Source of the DNA: the human T2T-CHM13v2.0 reference genome, Homo sapiens
DNA: 64,000 bases
NCBI RefSeq assembly: GCF_009914755.1
Contig: NC_060925.1
Direction: 5' to 3' (one strand)
Below the pieces are notes generated by a model. That model made no database searches. It saw only the letters and a list, made by a program, of their open reading frames with translations, and was not told the origin of the DNA. Below are positions 35,198-50,612 of this stretch, piece after piece. Position 1 is the stretch's first letter; every line of letters starts with the position of its first letter. A program made the translations under genes and the position numbers.

Positions 35198-35436
35198 TAA
35201 AAAGAGAATAAAAAGCTCAAAGTTGCTAAAGTCCATTATCACATGAGTCTGTACCATAGTTCACAGACATACACATGTCACAGCCAAAATCATGTCTACT
35301 CAAGGAGAAGTTGTCACTGGGAATATAACATGATTAGCCTATACAGCTAGTGTTACATTTGACATCGAATGAGAATAAAAAATAAACAATGAATGTATTT
35401 TTAAGAGAAATCCTCTACACTGAAAGAGAGGATCTG

Positions 35437-35774
35437 AAGGGGTTAGCAAACTGTGGCCCATTGGCCAAATTTAGTTCCACACCTGTTTTAGTGTGGCCTT
35501 TAAGCTGAGAATGGTTTTTATGTTTTCAATTGTTTGAAAAAAATCAAGGGAAGCATACTATATCATGACACACAAAACTGAAATGAAATTGAAATTTCAG
35601 TGCCACTACATACACTTTTGCTGGAACACAGCCATGCCTGTTCATTTAGGGATCGTCTACAGCTGCTTTAGAGCTAGAATGCCAGAGATGAGTAATAGCG
35701 GCAGAGACCGTAGGGCCTGCAAAGCCAAATATATTTAATATGTGGCCCTGTAAGGAGAATTTTGCTGACCTCTG
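35437..35774. mobile_element. MER58B-like MITE
   Basis: Terminal inverted repeats AGGGGTTAGCAAA / TTTGCTGACCTCT; about 340 bp. Confidence 0.85.
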
Positions 35775-36232
35775 CTCTGGAGGATGGAAAGTACTTCCAG
35801 ATGAAGCTGGACTATCCTAGGGACTCGGGGTCCAGGCTAGGACTTCTTGATAAAGCCACCCTACAGAGAGAGGTTCATCAAAGAGAGAATATAGTCCTGC
35901 ACCCCAGACGAGCCTGCTCCACTGAACAGCAAGGACAGGAGGCAAACTGCCAGGAGAAGCCAGAGAGAATGAGGGGCTGAGAGCACCTGGGACCATAGCT
36001 TCTATGAGTGACAACACCTTTCATTTGCTCTAACCCTCACCCACATTATCCACTTCTGTAGATACTCCTGATAAGTCAATGTTCCAGGTATATCCAAGTC
36101 ACAAGAGTGGAAGGATGGAAGCATTACTGAGTTAGACCTAGTATGTGCTGGATGTTTAAATGTTAATCTTCCTCACGACTTTCCTATCAGGTAGGCATTA
36201 TCATCTCCATCTTTCAAGTGATATTAGCTTGC

Positions 36233-36532
36233 TTTTTTTTTTTTTTTTTTGAGACGGAGTCTTGCTCTGTCACCCAGGCTGGAGCACAATGGCATGATCT
36301 CGGCTCACTGCAACCTCCACCTCCCAGGTTCAAGCCATTCTCCTGTCTCAGCCTCCTGAGTAGCTTGGACTACAGGAGCACGCACGCCACCATGCCCAGC
36401 TAATTTTTTTATTTTTATTAGAGATGGGATTTCACCATGTTGGCCAGGATGGTCTCGATCTCTTGACCTCGTGATCCGCCTGCCTTGGCCTCCCAAAGAG
36501 CTGGGATTACAGGCGTGAGCCACTATGCCCCA
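36233..36532 (-). mobile_element. AluSc
   Basis: TSD AGCTTGC; Sc diagnostics. Confidence 0.93.
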
Positions 36533-36693
36533 CCAGCTTGCATTTTTTTTTTCTGAGTGATTACCATAGTCCCTGGCATTATTCTGTGAGCTTTACATAA
36601 ATGGAGTCATTTAATCCTCGCAACGATTCTACAGAGGTCATCAGGGCGACATGGGCTACGTAATTTGCCCAAGGTTGCTAAAAAAAGAACACA

Positions 36694-36695
<2 letters not shown>

Positions 36696-36737
<42 letters not shown>
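36696..36737. repeat. (CA)n microsatellite
   Basis: Seen directly. Confidence 0.95.
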
Positions 36738-36745
<8 letters not shown>

Positions 36746-36799
36746 GTTGTTGTTGTTTTTTTTTGTTTTTGTTTTTTGTGGGGGGTGTAAACCAATTTC

Positions 36800-37102
36800 C
36801 TTCAAGGCCTGCTATCTGTCATGTGATGTTATACCAGAGTCAGGTTGGAATTTGGTATCTTATTGTTACAAAGAGTCTGTTTTATCAGTCTTAAGAGCGT
36901 TAATGGCATGTTAATGCTGGTCAGCTGTGCCTAAACTCCAAAGGGAGGAGGGTAAATGGGGCACGTCCAACCCTCCCTTCCCACATGGCCTGAGCTAGTT
37001 TTTCAGGTTTGCTTGGATCCCCTTGACCAAGAGGACGGTCCGTTCAGTCATTTGTTGGGGCGGGTGGGGAGGTGTTTGGATTTTTTTTTTTTTTAGTTTA
37101 TA
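36800..37102 (-). mobile_element. MER4-group ERV1 LTR fragment
   Basis: ataccagagtcaggttggaatttggtatcttattg and gctagtttttcagg motifs. Confidence 0.7.
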
Positions 37103-37872
37103 AGAGGAATAGTCACTCGGTTACTATTTTTTGCACGACAACGACTAAAAAGACAAACTTCCTCTGATAAATGCGGTTTATCAAGAGAGAGAAATAAACA
37201 CACACAGAGAATGAACTTCTTTGGCTCCAAACTGGATAAAACATTGGGAGGAATTTTTAAGATTAATATTCTGTGTGTAAATACATGTTCATAATAATGT
37301 TTGATTCAGGTGGCAAACACAAGTGCTCATTCTAAAGAAAGGCGTCAACGTCAAACTCAGTTTGAAAAGTTTGCCAGGGACGCAAGACTCAGCACCTCGG
37401 GCTCATGCAACTTGTATCTGCCTAAAATGAATTGCAGCTTGTCAGGAGCTACTTGGAAGAACAAAATGATCTAGAAGACCAGATGCGAAAGAGAGCAGAA
37501 GAAATCACTCTTGTTTTGTTAAGCTTCAGGGAGTTTGACTTAGCGGGTGAAGAAAGACTGAACCCCAGGTGGCAAGAGAGAGATGGGTCCCTTCGCTCTT
37601 CTCCCTGGACAACTGAACTTTCTCACACTCTCTCTAACTCCCACCTGCAGCCTGCAGTGGAGACTAGAGATGCCCCAACGACCTTGCTTTGAAGACTGAG
37701 ATGAAGAATGAATCGTTAGAGGCACTTTGCAGGTGTGTGAGTGCTACACCGATGCGAACAGGGACACAGTACTAAGCTGGCAAAACGTGTGTGTAAATAG
37801 CATCTGGGAGGAAACTGCAGTTTACAATCCTAAAGGGAAGGAAAAAAAAGAAAGAGATCAGAAGCCAATAAG

Positions 37873-38231
<359 letters not shown>

Positions 38232-39073
38232 TTAGCTGGCTGCATTGCAAAAAGATGTGAAAGCTTTTATTTTATTTTATGAATACTTATTGAACAGCTA
38301 CTCTGGGCAGGCCCTACTACCAGTTTCTGGGAGAACAAGATGAATTAGGCATGGTCCCTAATTGCAAGGGTTCACAATTTAGCATCCTATGCAGATCTCC
38401 GTGGGGACAGCCCCAGGGGTTACCCTTGTTTGCTTGTGCTTTTGAGGTAGGCATTCAAGTGTAGACACTTGCAGCTGTGCGCCCTGCTCTTCCTGGGGGC
38501 CCGTCCTTCCCTCATTCCCCACCACACCGCAGGTGGGGCAGTTTTGGCTGCTCTGCAATCTCAACCGCAAAGAGTTGCTCCACCCTTTGTCCTGGCAAAA
38601 CTCTGAATTGTCCTGTAATTATTGCCACACTGCAATCCGGTGCCATCTGATAAGTACAGGTTTCAAAACTGTGCTCACAATTCCTGCCAAAGCCATCCTG
38701 CCAACATCAGGCACAGACACTGGCAAACCTACTCGGCCTGGGCTGAGTTGAGCTAAAGGTGCCATGAAAATCTGGAGATGGAAACTCAGCAACCACCTAG
38801 AATAAGATCACCTGCAACACACACATGTACACACAATCACACACACACGAGTGAGCACACACCCTTTCTCCCTGGGGTTTTGACTCCGTTCCTTATGTGA
38901 TTCTATGTCAAATGTGTAGAAAAAAGAAGCTGTCCTGAGCACAGCACATTGAAAAATAAACGCCAGCATTTCAATAGCTTTGCAGAGAAGAGATCCACAG
39001 AATAGCGTTGGGTTTCCTCTTGTTCTTGCATGGAAACATGATCAGGTGAGGTTTGTACTAGAGCATTCTGTAA

Positions 39074-39553
<480 letters not shown>

Positions 39554-40573
39554 TCAGGAAAGCAAAAAAGAGAAGAATGTTAATAACTAAGAATTTCCAA
39601 GAATGGGCTCTAGTTCCAGCCTTGCAATGGAGGCTTTACATGCGCTGGCCCACAGAATCCTTACAACCACTCTGCGAAGGGCTTACTGTTATGATATTAT
39701 TAGTCGCATTTCACAGATGGGGAAACAGCTTCAGAGAATAAAGCAACTTGCCCAAAGGTCACATATACAGTAGATAATGGAGCTGAACTGGGAACCAGAG
39801 CTGTGTGATCCAGTGAAGGTGGCCACAGGCTGGTAGAGGCTGCCTCACGCCTGCCCACTGCCTCTTGCCACCATGCTTGCCCCTGCTGCCCCCTGGCAGT
39901 GGCAGATTTGCAGGCTGTGCTGCCCTGAGACAGCCTCATGGGGCAGAGGGAGAAGCTTGGAGGCTCACTGGCAGACCTAGTCCCAAATGCAGGGAGGAAG
40001 GAAAAGTAGATTCATTTCCTCATTCTTGGCAGCAAAATCTCCTTCCTTCCCCATTGTTTCTTGGATCTTTCTTTTTACTTTCACTTAAATAATCCTACAC
40101 TTCAATTCCTGGCCCCCTATCATCCATGCAGACAAAGCTCCTCTTTTGTTTTATTCATTATTTTTTCCCCGTTCCCCTTTCGAACTTCCATTCTCACTTC
40201 CGTTAGGTTTACATGCTAACTTGTTGATATACATGTCCTTAGACATGTGTTTACCTGAACTATGTATAGCAGCATTTTGCATACGTGTTTTTAAGTTTCA
40301 TAAGTAATATGATGCCATTAATTTTATTCTATGCCCTTCTTTCAATTGACTATGTATTTTTTTTTGCCTTTGCCAAAATAAGACTTTATTTTGAAAGTCA
40401 TTTGAAGGACACTGAGAAAGACAGGAGACCTTAGATTCAATGGATGTAGATTCCAACTTTGGATTCTTGCCTGCCTCACTAATGGTCTCTGTTAGGCTGG
40501 AAAGGTGCTTTCTTTGGTCATTCCAATTTTTAGCTTGCTGGAGAAAACATCTTTTCCCAGAAGCCATCTTCTT

Positions 40574-40578
<5 letters not shown>

Positions 40579-40612
<34 letters not shown>
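40579..40612. repeat. (GT)n microsatellite
   Basis: Seen directly. Confidence 0.95.
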
Positions 40613-40614
<2 letters not shown>

Positions 40615-40915
40615 AGTAGAGCTTTATTTTCAGGAAACAGTATGTTAGTTGGAAATGGGTATATATATATATATATTTTTTTTTTTAAATCAAGGTAGTT
40701 CTAATACATTCAACAGAGTGGGGTGGCTCAGCCAGAGGTGGGGTGAAAAGGTTCTCTATTATTTGCTTAATATCCTGCTACAACCAGAAATCCCCACCCA
40801 GGAATATAGTTCTGTACAAAGTTGTTCTGTCTTTGCATCATAAATGCTAATCAATGGTCAATTGACTATATTTTTAAAGTCTATTCATATACTGTTTGTA
40901 AATCTAGTTTATGAC

Positions 40916-41226
40916 TTTTTTTTTTTTTTTTTTTTTTTTTTTGAGACAGGGTCTCACTCTGTCACCCAGGCTGGAGTGCAGTGGTGCCACCATGGCTCAC
41001 TGCAGCCTAGACTTCCTGGGCTCAACAACCCTCCCTCATTAGCCTCCACCAAGTAGCTGGGACTGCAGGTGTGCACCACCATGCCCAGCTAGTTTTTTTA
41101 TTTTTTGTAAAGATGGAGTCTCGATATGTTGCCCAGGGCTGGTCTCAAATTCCTGGCCTCAAGTAGTCCTCCCCTTCAGCCTCCCAAACTGCTGGGATTC
41201 CAGGCATGAGCCACCGAACCCAGCCT
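40916..41226 (-). mobile_element. AluJ
   Basis: TSD CTAGTTTAT. Confidence 0.93.
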
Positions 41227-42139
41227 AGTTTATTACGTCTGACTGTGCAAAGTATTCCCTGCCTGCTTGTCTTCCTATACCCCTTCACTTACTGCTCCCT
41301 GATGGGTGTCTGTGTGTGTGTGTGTGGGGGGGGGTGTGGGGATGATATTTGTTCATTGTCTGTTAGTACTCACTAAAATATATGTTCCATGTGAACAAGG
41401 AGTTTGTTTAATTCACTGAGATCACCACAGCTCTTAGAGTAGGAGCAGTACCAGCCCATGATAGGTTCTTGGTCAATATAGAATAAGTGCCTGAGTATCT
41501 GTCCACCACATTCTACGTTATCGCTTTCTCTAACAAGGTGGTCTTTTACCGCCTGCTACATAGACACCATATGGAGGAGGGTGGCGGGCTTGCGAGGTAT
41601 ATGCATATTTAATTCTCTTTTCTCCCTCCCTCCTCCACACCATTTCAGGGTTTTGTTTTGTTTTTTTTCAGTCTGAATTGCCCTTAGGCAGATAGAATAT
41701 TTATGTCCTTTGAGGCCCGACCCTTGTGAACTATAAACAAAATCCTTGTCCAAAAAACTTTTGCTGAAGCACTTACCCTGAAAAGATATGCAGACCTTAG
41801 GTCACGCATTTTTTATTAATTTCAATCTGACATTCAAATGTCAATTTACGGAGTCCCTGCGATTGGTGGGGAAGGGGCATGAGAAGGAGGCCCCGTCCTG
41901 AAAGGCAGGGAGGAGTGTAGCAAAATGGGAGGAAGCACAGGAAGGGCGGGAGGGCTCGGGGCTGAGGGCCCGGGCGGCCAAACTCCAGGTGCCCAGCACC
42001 GGTGCCATGGAGTGCACAGCTTACCGATCTGTCTAGAAGCTGCTGGGTGCAGGTGTGTGAGGTACAGGATGTTTATAGTGTCAAAGTATCTCCCCACAGA
42101 TGGAAACGAACATCATGCGCCTCTCAGCAGGATGCGCTG

Positions 42140-42750
42140 AGGAAGACAGGACTTGTGTAGCCTTCTGTAGAAGTGCATAATCTGAACGGGATCACAAGGA
42201 GCAAAATCAGACATGCCCAGATGAGGGGCATCTACACACTCTGCATTCTTCAAAAATGGCTCAGCGCGAAGGACAAAGCAAGGCTGAGGAGCTATTCCAG
42301 ATTAAAGGAGACTCATGTGACCTGGCAACTGCACGCAACATGTGATTCTGGGTTGGATCCCAGAACAGGGAAGAACAATTCTTTAAAAGGCATTATAATG
42401 GAGTCAGTTGGGGAAATTTGAGTTGGATTGTGTATTTAATCATGGTATTGTATTAGTGGTACATTTCATGAATATGATCATTTTACTGTGGTTACATGAG
42501 TGAACCTCCTTGTTCTTAGAGGTAAAGGGTCAAAATACCCATAACTTAACCCTTAAATAGGTTAGCAAAAATGATAACTATAATGATGGTATATAGAGAG
42601 TAAGAGAAAGAAAAAAGAGAGGGAGATAAAGCAAACGTGGCAAAATATTAACAATCAGTGAATCCAAAGAGTATATGGAGTTCATTGTATTATTCTTGCA
42701 ACTTTTCTGTAAGGTTAAAATTCTTTCAAAATAAGTTTTTAAAAAATGTT
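42140..42750 (+). mobile_element. Old L1M (MC/ME) 3' fragment
   Basis: ccagattaaaggagac and tattcttgcaacttttctgtaag motifs. Confidence 0.7.
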
Positions 42751-42982
42751 CGTGTTAAAGTCAGGGGTAAAACCATGGAGACAGGTGTAGCGTAATAAAA
42801 GCAACGGCTAACACACACAGTGCTTTGCAATGTGCCAGGCAGTTTATACGTATTACATTGTGTAATCATCAAAGCCACCCTATCGGGTAGGTATTATTAT
42901 TGTCATCCCCATTTTACAGATGGGGAAACTTTGGCTCCAAGAAGCTGAATATCTTAAATCAGCAAGGTCTTATAGCCAGTAA

Positions 42983-43244
<262 letters not shown>

Positions 43245-43249
43245 TGTGC

Positions 43250-43385
43250 TGTGAGCCTGTAGTCCTAGCCAGTTGGGAGGCTGGGGTGGGAGGATTGCTT
43301 GAGCCCAGGAATTCGAGGCTACAGTAAGCTGTGATGGCACCACTGCACTCCAGCCTGGGTGACAGAGTGAGATTCCAACTCAAAA
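43250..43385 (+). mobile_element. AluJ right arm
   Basis: gcctgtagtcc...gggtgacagagtgaga. Confidence 0.9.
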
Positions 43386-44173
43386 TAACCCAAAATAGCC
43401 CATTCCTGGCTACCGTGACAAAAGTCTCTTGGCACTCTCTCTGTCTCATCTCCCTCTGTCTCTACACACACCCACACACCCACTCATGGTTCTTTCGTTG
43501 TGAATCCCCCAGAGGCATCACTATATACAACAGCATAGCCTCTGCCTGGCCCCGATAACCACCCACCACTCTGAGAAGCTGCTCTGTTGGGGAAGATCTG
43601 GTTGCCATGAGTTCCTGTGACAACCACCCCAGAGGAGAGAACAGGAACCCTACTGTTTAAGGCAGATAGGTCCGATGCGCTATCTTGGACCCCAGTTGTT
43701 CCTTTAGGAACAGCTGAAGTTGGAAATTGTAAATGCAGTGCTGACCAGCAAGCAGTGGATGGGAAATTTAGGTCAAGGTGTTTACAAAAAGGAGAGAGCG
43801 AGGTCTGGGAAATCTGAAAACAGTTCTTGCAGCCCATCTACCCCAAACCAGTGCCAACTTCACTTAGGAACAGGTCAGAAGAAAGTGACCCAGGAATGGG
43901 GGCCTTTTTGGAGCAACTGGCTTAGTTAACCGGAAACGTTTCCAGTTTCTCTTCAGAGATTGGCTGGGATGAAGACACTGAGCTTCCTGCCCAGCCTGCT
44001 GGGCGCAGGTTGACGTTGGCTGGAGGAAGGAGAGGAGCCTAAGATATCCTTTAGAGGAGACACAATTTTGAAAAGGAGGATTCAGGCAATGAAAGTCTTA
44101 GATCCCTTTAGTGTGATTTTAAATTATTTTTAGGTGGCTACAAGTGAAATGTGAAACATCCTCTGTCACTTGA

Positions 44174-44507
<334 letters not shown>

Positions 44508-44509
44508 TT

Positions 44510-44800
<291 letters not shown>

Positions 44801-46136
44801 TATTTACTTCAAATCTCACAGTATACGCTTAGCTGTCCCTTGCTGCCATACTGGCCGTGAGTCGTGACCTCAACCTGTTCTAAATTTTTAAGATGATTAA
44901 AGTGGACAGTGCCTCACGTAAACACCACCACCAGAGTGAATAACCAGGGGCCCAGCTTCCTCCTGAAGGTGCATTTATATGTTTATGTCAAATGCACAAT
45001 CACAACCCTTGTGCATTATTGGACTGCCTGTATTAAAAGAGAATGTTTTGCTGAGAAGGTTGAGTGCCCTGGAAGGAAGTTGCTCAATCTAAGTGGAAAC
45101 CAAACCCTAGCTTTGGTTTCCTCGGGAAATTTTGCAGTAACTACTTCTCTATAATTAGTGAGCGTGGGTTTGACCAAGCCCTTAGCCTAGATCCTGCCAT
45201 AGTCCTATGTAGACATAGCAGTGCCCAGACCTAGAGCCATGAGACTGGTCATCTTTGTTATCCTGTAACCATGCAGGTGTTGAGTCTTAGAAGGAACCAC
45301 CCAGTGTGGGAGTTTTCAGGTTTTTTTCTAAGTCTACAGTGGATTGAAGGGAAGGAGGAGGAGGAGGAGGAGAAGGAGGGGGGAGGAGAAGGCTGGGTTC
45401 CTAGCAGCTTTTCCGTCATGTACTGCACACAAGCAGGTCCACATTTGAAAGGAAGTCCTATGATCAAAAAAAAGTGGAAAGGAATTAACCACCATTGATT
45501 CCTCTAACTTTGCCGTCTTACTGATAAGGAAATGAAGATCCAGAGAGGTTAAGTGACTGGCCTGAGGTCATGAGTTTATGATAAATGGCAGAGGCTTCGG
45601 ACCAGGGCCCGTTCTCAGTACTGCACACCAGTCACACTGATGACAGCAGAGTGACAGGTACTGTTGATAAGCCTCTCGATAGACAGACTGACAGTCAATC
45701 AATATCTACTGACTCCTACTATATAGGGAGCTTTATACTGGCTTCTGAGAGATACTCATGGCTTCTCTCCCACAAAGAGCTTACGTTATTCTGTGAGCCA
45801 TGACACATGTTCAAAACATGTAAATAACAGTGCAAAACAAGAGTGGTAGAGTGTCAGGAAAAAATGCCATAGGAATCAGCAGAGGGAGAGCTTTCTATGA
45901 GGAACCCTGGTGGGGGAGGTTTCACAGGGGAGGTGAGCCTTGGAGGATGTATTTCATTCACACAGGTAGAGGAGGGCAGCCCTTGGAGACACTGTGAGGA
46001 CAGAGTGTCAGTGCAGAAATGGCAGGTTCTGTGAGGACATAACAGGGTGTCTTGGGTGGAGGTATTTCACACTAGGAAATACTGAGCGTGAAGGCTGAAT
46101 AGGGGACTTGGAATGTAGCCATTAAAAGAGGATTTT

Positions 46137-46425
46137 GGCCAGGTGTGGTTGCTCACCCCTGTAATCCCAGCATTTTGAGGGGCTGAGGCTGGAGGATCAT
46201 GTGAGTCTGGGAGTTCGAGACCAACCTGGGCAACATAGCAAGACCCTATCTCTACAAAAAATTTAAAAAATTAGCCGGGCATGGTGGTGGACACCTGTGG
46301 TCCCAGCTATTTGGGAGGCTGAAGTGGAGGATCTCTTGAGTCCAGGAGGTTGAGGCTGCAGTGAGCTGTGATCGTGCCACTGCTCTCAAGACTGGGTGAC
46401 AGGGTGAGCCTCTATCTCTAAAACA
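46137..46425 (+). mobile_element. AluJ
   Basis: J-type, inserted in L2-like sequence. Confidence 0.92.
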
Positions 46426-47051
46426 AAAGATAGCTTTAAAAATGTATAAATAATTTAATTTTTTAAAAATGAAGGGGGAATTTAACCTTTATGCAATTAT
46501 GCTCTACAAGGTGGTTGGGGAGAACAGGGATGAGATGACACTGCCTGGGGAAGGTTAGTGTGGCTGCAAGGTGCTGGGTACATTAGACAGCAAAGAGCTG
46601 TGGGTCAGGGAGTGGATGAGCACCCAGAACTTGGTGCTGGCAGAGCGAAGAGATCAACCCGTTGGCTTCCCCACCCTCATTCTCCTCCCAACTGACCTGC
46701 AAGTCACAGCACTGCAGTATCATGTCGACACTCACTGCTGGGTACGTAGCTTAGGCTTTCACCACCCCACCACCCAACCCGGTTTCATCATCACGCTTCT
46801 GGCCCTTGGTCCCACTTCCCTGCCCTACTTATGGCTACCAGAATTCTCTGGCTATAAAACCAATGGTACCATGTCTTCATGCTACTTTAATACTCAGGCA
46901 ACCCAATGTCTGTAGGATAAGTCCACACACCTTTGCAGGGTAGACGAGGCCCTTCAATGCCTGGCTGTGCCTACTCATGTTCCCCTCTCACCTTGCACCC
47001 TTGGCTCCAGACTGATGACCTCACAGTTCCTCCTAAAAACAATGTGTATGA

Positions 47052-47728
<677 letters not shown>

Positions 47729-49455
47729 TGAGCAAGGGAAAAAGGATAAAGAGGAGCGAAAAAACGAAGCCGGGTTTTGGGGGTATTGGAGCAAATTAAG
47801 TGGGGGATACCATGTGGAGATGTGGCCCCATCAAGACCAACCCTGTCCCAAGAATGGCTCAGGTTTGCCTTGCTGGGGTCTTTGCTCCACTGTTACCAAA
47901 CCCCCCACCCTCTGAATTGAGCTTTGGGTTCCAGGAAAGGCACCCCTGTCCTGAGTTGACTGCAGCGATCACAACTGCAGACAATCATGATTCTTTGAAT
48001 CCCTATTTTGATGTTAAAGCCAAGAAAGAGCATTATAGAAACTCAGGAAGAGAAAATAAATTTAGCCATCATCCCACGACCCCGGTACAATTACTATTAT
48101 TTTTCCATTTTTCTTCCAGTCTTTTTCCTTATGTCTATAGCTTTAATTATGTTTTTCTGTATGAAATATAAGCAGGAAATGGAAATTTTCTAAAGGACTT
48201 CTTTTATTTGCCTCCCACTGTTTTGCATACAATGGACACTTAACACATAATTTTAGGCAGACTGAGGCGTCTCCTGATGAAAAGCTTTTCTCAAAGGCCA
48301 TGTGGTTGCTGCAATGAGCCTTCTAGAGGAAGCTGGTTATAACCTCTCTCCATCACGTCCAGCCCTCTCTTTCCCGCCTGGCTCACACACTTGCCTTCCT
48401 TTAAATAATATTTTTCATTCCTCCAATCAGTCATTTGATCAACAAACATTTAGTGGGCGGGAACTGTCCCTAGGCCCTGGGCTGGGCCCTGTATTTACCG
48501 CCCTGTGGTTCATCAGCCCTCAGCCTGGTGCATCCACGCTGGTATCAACCTGATGGCCCCAGAAGCTTCTGAAAACTCATGAGCTTTCCTGATGGTTTAT
48601 CCCTCAGGCCTTCTCCAACTCAAACTAAGGTCTGCGTGTACCTTGGCCCCTTCTTTTGTGCTTGTTGTACCCAGAAGCAAAATAATTGTCTAGCTGTCCC
48701 AAGAACGGCCAACCGTTGAGATTGTGTCAGCGAGTCTTTGTTCAGTTCCTATAAAGGATGGCCTATTAGGTAATACATCCATTCCAGATGGAAAACAGGC
48801 CTTTCGAAAGCCCGAAATAACCTATTGCCACATCCCCCTTTGAGCCCACAAACGGTTCTTTCACTATGAAAGAACAAACTAACTAGAGCCTCAAAAATGT
48901 CTTTCCTAGCTTTAATAAGTGGGGATTCTGGCCTCGGGGTCATACAAGGATGATCACACATGAGGAAAGCTCAAATGAACAGAGTTATGCCAGAGATGGC
49001 TGGCCTGGGCAAAGCTGGCATTGCTCTCGGAGGGAAGCCAAGTTTTTCCAATTGTTATTGTTGTGCCATAGGGCAGATCAGCTGGGGTGGGCCGGTGAAC
49101 GCTGCACTGTCACATCACGATGCTTGGAGCAAGGGGTTGCTTGAATGGAGGCAAAATGCTGCGTTGACTTAGGAGGAAATCATCTTAAACCCTGAGATCT
49201 GAAGAGCTATGTTTAGCTGGGAAGTGATGGAGCTCTTCAGCTTCTTCATAAACTCACAAACCCAGGATGAGGCTAGAAGAAAGTCAGATTTCTTATCTGC
49301 CAGAACTCTTGCTGGGAAAGATGTCACCAAGGTATTCCCCAACATTACCAGGCCTTCTGTAAAGCACCTTCTTCATGCTCCCGGGCCCATCACACACATG
49401 CACATACACGTACACACGTACACACACATGCACATGTGCACATGTATACATGTGC

Positions 49456-49927
49456 TGTTATGGGCTGAATCTCATCCCCTTCCCAAATTTATATGCTGAG
49501 TCCCTAATCCCTAGTCCTTCAGAATGCAACCTTATTTGGAAATAGATTCTTAAAGAGGTAATTATATCAAAATGAGATCTTGAGGGTGAGTCCTAATCCA
49601 GTCTAACCAGTGTCCTTATGCAAAGAGGAGATCAGGACATGAACACGCACAAAGAGAAGGCCTTGTGAGGACACGGAAAAGACAGCCATCTGCAAGCCCA
49701 GGAGAGAGGCCTCAGGAAAAACCAACCCTGCCAACACCATGATCTTTTAAAAAAATTATTCGTCTTTTTAGTTGAGATAAAATATACATATATAACTTAC
49801 CATCCTTACCATTTCAATACCATGATCTTGGCCTTCCAGCCTCCAGACTGTAAACTAATAAATTCCTGTGGTTTAAGCCACGCTGTGTGTGACGCATCGT
49901 GATGATACCCAAGCAGACTGACATACA
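49456..49927 (+). mobile_element. MLT1A/B LTR with a small internal L1-like insertion
   Basis: tgttatgggctgaat start; cagccatctgcaagccc; insert at 49747-49818. Confidence 0.85.
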
Positions 49928-50419
49928 CACTCACACAAGCTCACATATTCACACACATACTAATACACACCCTCACCCAAAAACACTGACACACAGAAGC
50001 ACTCACACACACAGATGCACTTACACTCAGTTCTCACCCTCCTGTGTCACCCACACAATCCTTATCCCCCCATCCCTGACACACACATGCTCCCTGAGGC
50101 CAGACACGTGGACTGTTGTGGCTCAGGACCTCACTGAGGCCAGTTCTCTTCCGGAGCACAGCAATGGTTTGCTGTCTGCTAAGCTCATTCCTCTCGCTGG
50201 AACCTTGGGTCCGTCCCTGGGGCTCATTGCCTGGAGTCTGGCTTTTTGCATCCTCACATTTCCTGAATGCTGTACTTTGTTTTCCTGTCTCCCAGCTTGG
50301 ATTTCCTGACCTTGGCCTGGACCTGGATCTGGGAGGCTGACTCTATTGACCATGGGGAAGGAGCTAACAGGATTGAACCTCAGGACCGTCCTCTGCAAAA
50401 TGAGGAATTTAGGCTAGCA

Positions 50420-50612
50420 CAGTGGTTCTCAAAGTGTGGTCCCCAGACCAGCAACCTCAGCATCACCCTGGAACTAGTTAGAAATGCACATTCTCTGGTC
50501 CCAACCCAGACCTACTGAACCAGTGCCTCTGGGAGTGGATCCCAGAAATCTGTGTTTTAACACACGTGCTATCTAGGAGGTTCTGATGCAGGCCAAAGTT
50601 CGAAAACCGCTG
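50420..50612. mobile_element. MER5A MITE
   Basis: CAGTGGTTCTCAAA / TTCGAAAACCGCTG terminal inverted repeats. Confidence 0.9.
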
